Origin: Hyaloraphidium curvatum SAG 235-1
Lineage: Eukaryota > Fungi > Monoblepharomycota
Assembly (NCBI GenBank): GCA_025558095.1
Contig: JAIVFI010000029.1
Span: 186,001 to 250,000, forward strand
Direction of reading: 5' to 3'
Length of the DNA stretch: 64,000 nucleotides
The notes below the pieces were generated by a model. The model searched no databases. It was not told the origin of the DNA and worked only from the letters and a program-made list of their open reading frames with translations. This document shows, piece by piece, positions 59,941-64,000 of the stretch (position 1 is the first letter of the stretch; every line of letters begins with the position of its first letter). The position numbers and the translations under genes are program-made.

Positions 59941-60127
59941 CGCGGGAACCGGGGCTACGCCGCTGCCCGGCACCGTCGGCAGCCCATCCTCGATTCGGGG
60001 GAATGGCAACGGGACATCGGTCCCTGGCATCACGCTCCGCGGAAGCACGGCGGACTTCAACACCTTCCGATCTCTTATGCGGCCAAATAAATGAATATGA
60101 CATTGACAACTTTGCTCGGCAGATTGA

Positions 60128-62345
60128 TCACAGCTTCGCCCTGCCCGGCGCCCGCGCCATCGCCAGCAGCTCGTCCTCGTCCTCCACGGACGCCTCCGCC
60201 GCCTCGCGTCCGATCCCGTTGGCGAGCAGCGGCCCGCCCCACTCCTCCTTGCCCGCGCACCAGCGCCTCAGCGCCGCGAGGTCGGCCCGCGCGTCGGCGG
60301 CGTCGGCGGGCCGCCCGCAGCTCCAGATCGCCTGCTCGAACAGCAGCGCGGCCGAGGTGATGCGGCCGAAGGACATGAGGAGGTCTCGGCCGCCACGCTC
60401 GGAAAGCCGCGAGGGGAGGGCCGGCATGCGGGTGATGTAGGCGACCAGCTGCGATGTCGCCGAGAGGATGGCGGCGCGGGACGAGGAAAAGATCTCGGGG
60501 GCGTTGGCCGGGGCCGATGCGGGAGGTTGCGCCGACACCATCCTCTCCATGGCCTGCAAAGCGAACCGGATGTGAGATTCTGACACTCTCCAAACCCCGC
60601 CGCCGCTTGCCCCACCTTTGCCCAGACCTGCAGCGCCTTGGGCTGTCCCCGCAGCACGCGCAGCAGGTCGTGCGCGAGGATGTTGGAGGTGCCCTCCCAG
60701 ACGATGAGGACCATCGAGTCCCGCCACAGCCTCGCGATCCCGACGTCCTCGATGTACCCCTGCCCGCCGAGCGCCTCGATGCACTCGGAGATCTGCTGCG
60801 TCGCGTTGCGGCTCGCAAAGACCTTCGTCACCGGGGTGAGCAGGCGCAGGAGCAGCGCCTCGTCGGCGTCCTCCCCGCGGCCCTGGTGCCACGCGTATTC
60901 GGTGCTGCCCAGCAGCTTGATCGCGTGGAAGGTGAGCTGCGTGATGGCGCGCAGGTACAGGTCAACCTGCGCAAGGGCGAGGAGGTGCATGGGGTGCTGC
61001 GAGATGGGCTTGCCGAAGGCCACGCGGCGGTCGGCGTAGTCGCGGGCGATGGCAAGGCTGCGGCGGAGGAAGCAGCACGCCGAGACGGCGGTGTGAATGC
61101 GAGTAATGTTGAGGACCGTGGCGATCGTAGCGGTGCCGCGGTTTTGCTTGCCGATGAGCTCGGCCTTCATGCCCGACAGCTCGAGCTCGGCAGTCGGGAG
61201 CTGCATAATCAGCGACGTGTGAGACCGGGCCACATGGAGGGGTGGCACTCAACTTACCGGCTTGGTCCCGAGCTTGTTCTTGAGCTTCTGGATCCGCACG
61301 CCGTTGAGCTGCCCAGTCTGCGGGTCCCGCATCTCGGCGAAGAAGAGCGACAGTCCGCCCGACCCCGGGACCATCCTCCCGGCCCCGTCGTGCATCCTCG
61401 CAAGGAGGACGGTCATGTCGGCATCTGTCGCGGACGAGAACCACTTGAAACCGTACACGCGGTAGGTCCCGTCGCCGGCGGGCACCGCCTCGGTCTCGGT
61501 CATCGAGACGTCTCCACCTGAAGCCAAAGGATGGTGAGTTTCCGCCACCGTTCCGTTTGCTTCGCGACCCCACCTCCGGGCCTCTCAGTCATCCACTGTC
61601 CAGCCGTCCGGAACAGCGCCGGTTCGCGAGACTTGAGCCTCCTCTCCGCCTCCTTCTGCGCCGGCGTGACCGCGCCGTTGAGCTCAAACAGCCGCGCCGC
61701 CCCGTCGGTCATGGCCAGCGGGCACCCGAACAGAGCGGCCGAGGGCCCGTAGAGGTACTGCTTCGCGAACTGGTAGGTCCGCGAGTGCTCCCGCCACTGG
61801 TTCCGCTCGTAAGCAATGGCGATGAGCCCCTCGCTCGCCGCGATCGGACGCATGAAACGCCAGCCCTCCGAGGTGACGAGGCGGTCCACGCGGCGGCCCC
61901 AGGCGTCGTGCTGCTCCAGGCGGGGGAGCTCCTGCTCGGCGCGGGCGCAGGCGTCGAGCATGTCTTCCTGGACGACGCGGGCGCCGAAGCGGGAGAGGTC
62001 GGCGTCGATTTCGGCGAGGAGGGGGGAGGCGTCGAGGTGGCGGCGGACGATGTTGCGGAGGACTGGCGGTAAACGGGGTGGAGGGCAGGCGGTAGACAGG
62101 ACGTTCAAGTCCGCAGTTCCGAGACCACGTTTCGGCGTCGTTCAGAGCACGGAGGACATCAGACGCCCCGTCTATCCTTCATTGGCATTGCGACACGCAC
62201 CATTGTCGTCCTCGTACTGGTTGCCAAGCTCCGGAGGGGCTTGCAGGAAGCCGTGGGTCCCCGAGGCAAACTGGCGTGCCTGGGCTGGGGGAGCCTGAAG
62301 AGCCGGCGCCGGTGCCGGAGCCGACTCGTGCGCAACTGCCGCCAT
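60128..62345 (-). CDS. Acyl-CoA dehydrogenase, AidB-like, multi-exon
   Basis: FLQAPPELGNQYEDD, HDAWGRRVDRLVTSEGW, CPLAMTDGAA, GQWMTERPGG, GFKWFSSATD, LKNKLGTKP/LPTAELEL, LNITRIH, YADRRVAFGK, EALGGQGYIE and VWEGTSNIL. Confidence 0.93.
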
Positions 62346-62518
62346 GCTTTCCGGACTGGAGCAAGGAGCCGAGGAAGCGCGGGAGACGAGTGAGCTGCAC
62401 GTAAGTCCCCCAAGAGGACGTTTGGCAAGCCGGACTTGGGCCGGACTTCGCAAGTCCGGACGCCACCCAAACATTCGGCTTCGGCACAATCCTCGAATCG
62501 GTTCCGCGATCTAACAGA

Positions 62519-63511
62519 ATGAGCAAGCCCAAAACCGCGTTCATCACGGGTGCCAACGGCTTCATCGGCAACGCCGTGGCCAAAGCCTTCCGCCGCGCCG
62601 GGTGGACGACGTATGGCCTCATCCGACGGCAGGAAGATGCAGCGGACCTCGCGATGCACGAGATCTACCCGATCATTGGAAATCCCGGATATCTCTCGTT
62701 CTTCGACGCGTTGGACGCGCTCGGAGCTCCTGCGTTCGACGTGGTCGTCTCGAACACCGAGGACTGGAACGACCTTGGGGGACACCTCGCACTAGTGCGG
62801 GCCATGCTCCAGGCGCTCCTCAGCCGTGACGTACAGAAAACAAGTGGAATCACGCGTCCCTTGGTCATGTTCACCAGCGGCTGTAAGGACTACGGGGAAA
62901 TGGCCGAGGTGGACGGGGATCCTGGCCTTGCTCCACACACGGAAGACAGCCCGACCAACCCTCCCGAGGCCCTCGTCCCGCGGTGCTCGTTCGGACTGTC
63001 GCTCCTGCAACAGCGCAACGAGCTCTACGACACCACAGTCTTGCGTCCGACCATCGTCTACGGCCATTCCTCGAGCCTTTACGGCCTCCTCTTCAAGCTC
63101 GTATCCCAAGCCGACTCAATCTTGATTCTGAGGGCGAATCCAAAGGCCATCATGCACTCTCTTCATGTGGATGATTGCGGCGAAGCCTACGTTGCGCTGG
63201 CGGAGCATTCCGATCGCGCCGCCGTGGCCCAGCAGGCCTTCAATCTCTCGAACGCAACCTACGAGACGGCAAAGCAAGTCGGCGAAGCGCTCGCGCGCAT
63301 CTACGGCTTGAAAGTCGAGTTCAGAGCCCCGGATGCCACTTTCGGACTCGGTGACGTCGAGGGGTTGTTCAATTTCTCGCAATGGGTTGGGTCCGACAAG
63401 GTGCGGGCGCTAACGGGGTGGAAGGAACGGCGCCCGAGTTTCGTGGACGGGATTCGCGAGTACCGGCTTGCTTCGGAGGCGTTTGCAGCGGCCAAGCAGG
63501 GTCGCCGTTAG
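62519..63511 (+). CDS. NAD-dependent epimerase/dehydratase (atypical SDR), intronless
   Basis: Rossmann motif FITGANGFIG, plus FTSGCKDYG, LRPTIVYG, LHVDDCGEAY and SDKVRALTGW. Confidence 0.9.
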   Translation: MSKPKTAFITGANGFIGNAVAKAFRRAGWTTYGLIRRQEDAADLAMHEIYPIIGNPGYLSFFDALDALGAPAFDVVVSNTEDWNDLGGHLALVRAMLQALLSRDVQKTSGITRPLVMFTSGCKDYGEMAEVDGDPGLAPHTEDSPTNPPEALVPRCSFGLSLLQQRNELYDTTVLRPTIVYGHSSSLYGLLFKLVSQADSILILRANPKAIMHSLHVDDCGEAYVALAEHSDRAAVAQQAFNLSNATYETAKQVGEALARIYGLKVEFRAPDATFGLGDVEGLFNFSQWVGSDKVRALTGWKERRPSFVDGIREYRLASEAFAAAKQGRR

Positions 63512-63550
63512 ATTGCTTCGGACGCCTTTGTAGTTTGCACCCTTTGCGAG

Positions 63551-63590
63551 GGGAGAGGGAGAGAGGCAGAAAGAGAGAGAGAGAGAGAAA
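63551..63590. repeat. (GA)n microsatellite / purine tract
   Basis: gggagagggagagaggcagaaagagagagagagagagaaa, in the 3' region of the SDR gene. Confidence 0.85.
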
Positions 63591-63740
63591 GGCACTCCAC
63601 AGTTTGGAGGGGTGCTTCACCAGCTTCCGCCGTGCTTGGGAAAGCTAGGGAACCTTCGATGACGCCGCCTGTCAACAAGCGGTCTCGCCCATCGCTTCCC
63701 CCGGAGCCGCATCGCTGCCGCTCCCCGCCCTCCGACCGCG

Positions 63741-64000
63741 ATGCACGCCCTCCGCCGCCTCCCCTCCCTCTCCCGCGCCCTCGCCCGCCCGCTCTCCTCG
63801 ACCGCCGTCGCGCGGGACCGCCCTTCCCCGGCCCCGGTCTCCCCGCCCCCGGACGCGTCCTACGACCCGCGGGAGCGCGCTATCCACGAGAAGCTGGCAA
63901 GGGAGCTGGAGCCCGTCACCCGTCTCGTGGTGCAGGACATCTCCGGTGGGCCCTCTTGCGCCGTCGTCCCCCGCGCGAACGGCTGACGGTCGGGAAAGGC
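63741..64000 (+). CDS. Mitochondrial BolA-family protein (Bol3/Aim1-like), 5' part only
   Basis: Presequence MHALRRLPSLSRALARPLSS, then ERAIHEKLARELEPVTRLVVQDISG/G (start of the DISGGCG motif). An intron begins at about 63946 and runs off the window. Confidence 0.85.

Overview
GC-rich, very gene-dense eukaryotic genomic DNA with short GT-AG introns (mostly about 50-70 nt, often with CTGAC/CTAAC branch points). It is most likely from an early-diverging, chytrid-like fungus. This is an inference from Cdc24, Gyp7, Clr4, an Alr/Mnr2-type CorA and a DHA1 MFS occurring together with katanin p60. About 35 protein-coding genes were reconstructed by hand-splicing. They include transketolase, RLP24, a membrane hybrid histidine kinase, an Hrp1/Musashi-like RRM protein, Clr4, an RluA-type pseudouridine synthase, katanin, Gyp7, ALG7, a GH13 alpha-amylase, a GH2 beta-mannosidase, Med11, CARNMT1, Cdc24, HMCES, RMI1, an AidB-like acyl-CoA dehydrogenase and a partial BolA. 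No tRNA, rRNA, CRISPR array or transposon was recognised. The most interesting observations are: (1) a Gyp7 Rab-GAP fused in frame to DM9 repeats; (2) three adjacent bacterial-looking but intron-containing genes (amidohydrolase, VOC protein, beta-mannosidase); (3) a UAG-dense oversized intron in the RRM gene, suggesting autoregulation; (4) a histidine kinase with an unusual His-containing membrane sensor; (5) a Cys-to-Ser pseudo-OTU; (6) a 7-exon prothymosin-like gene not resolved in the ORF track; (7) a degenerate ABC-ATPase-like protein; and (8) a hairpin-rich intergenic block. All family assignments come from motif recognition; no database search was run.
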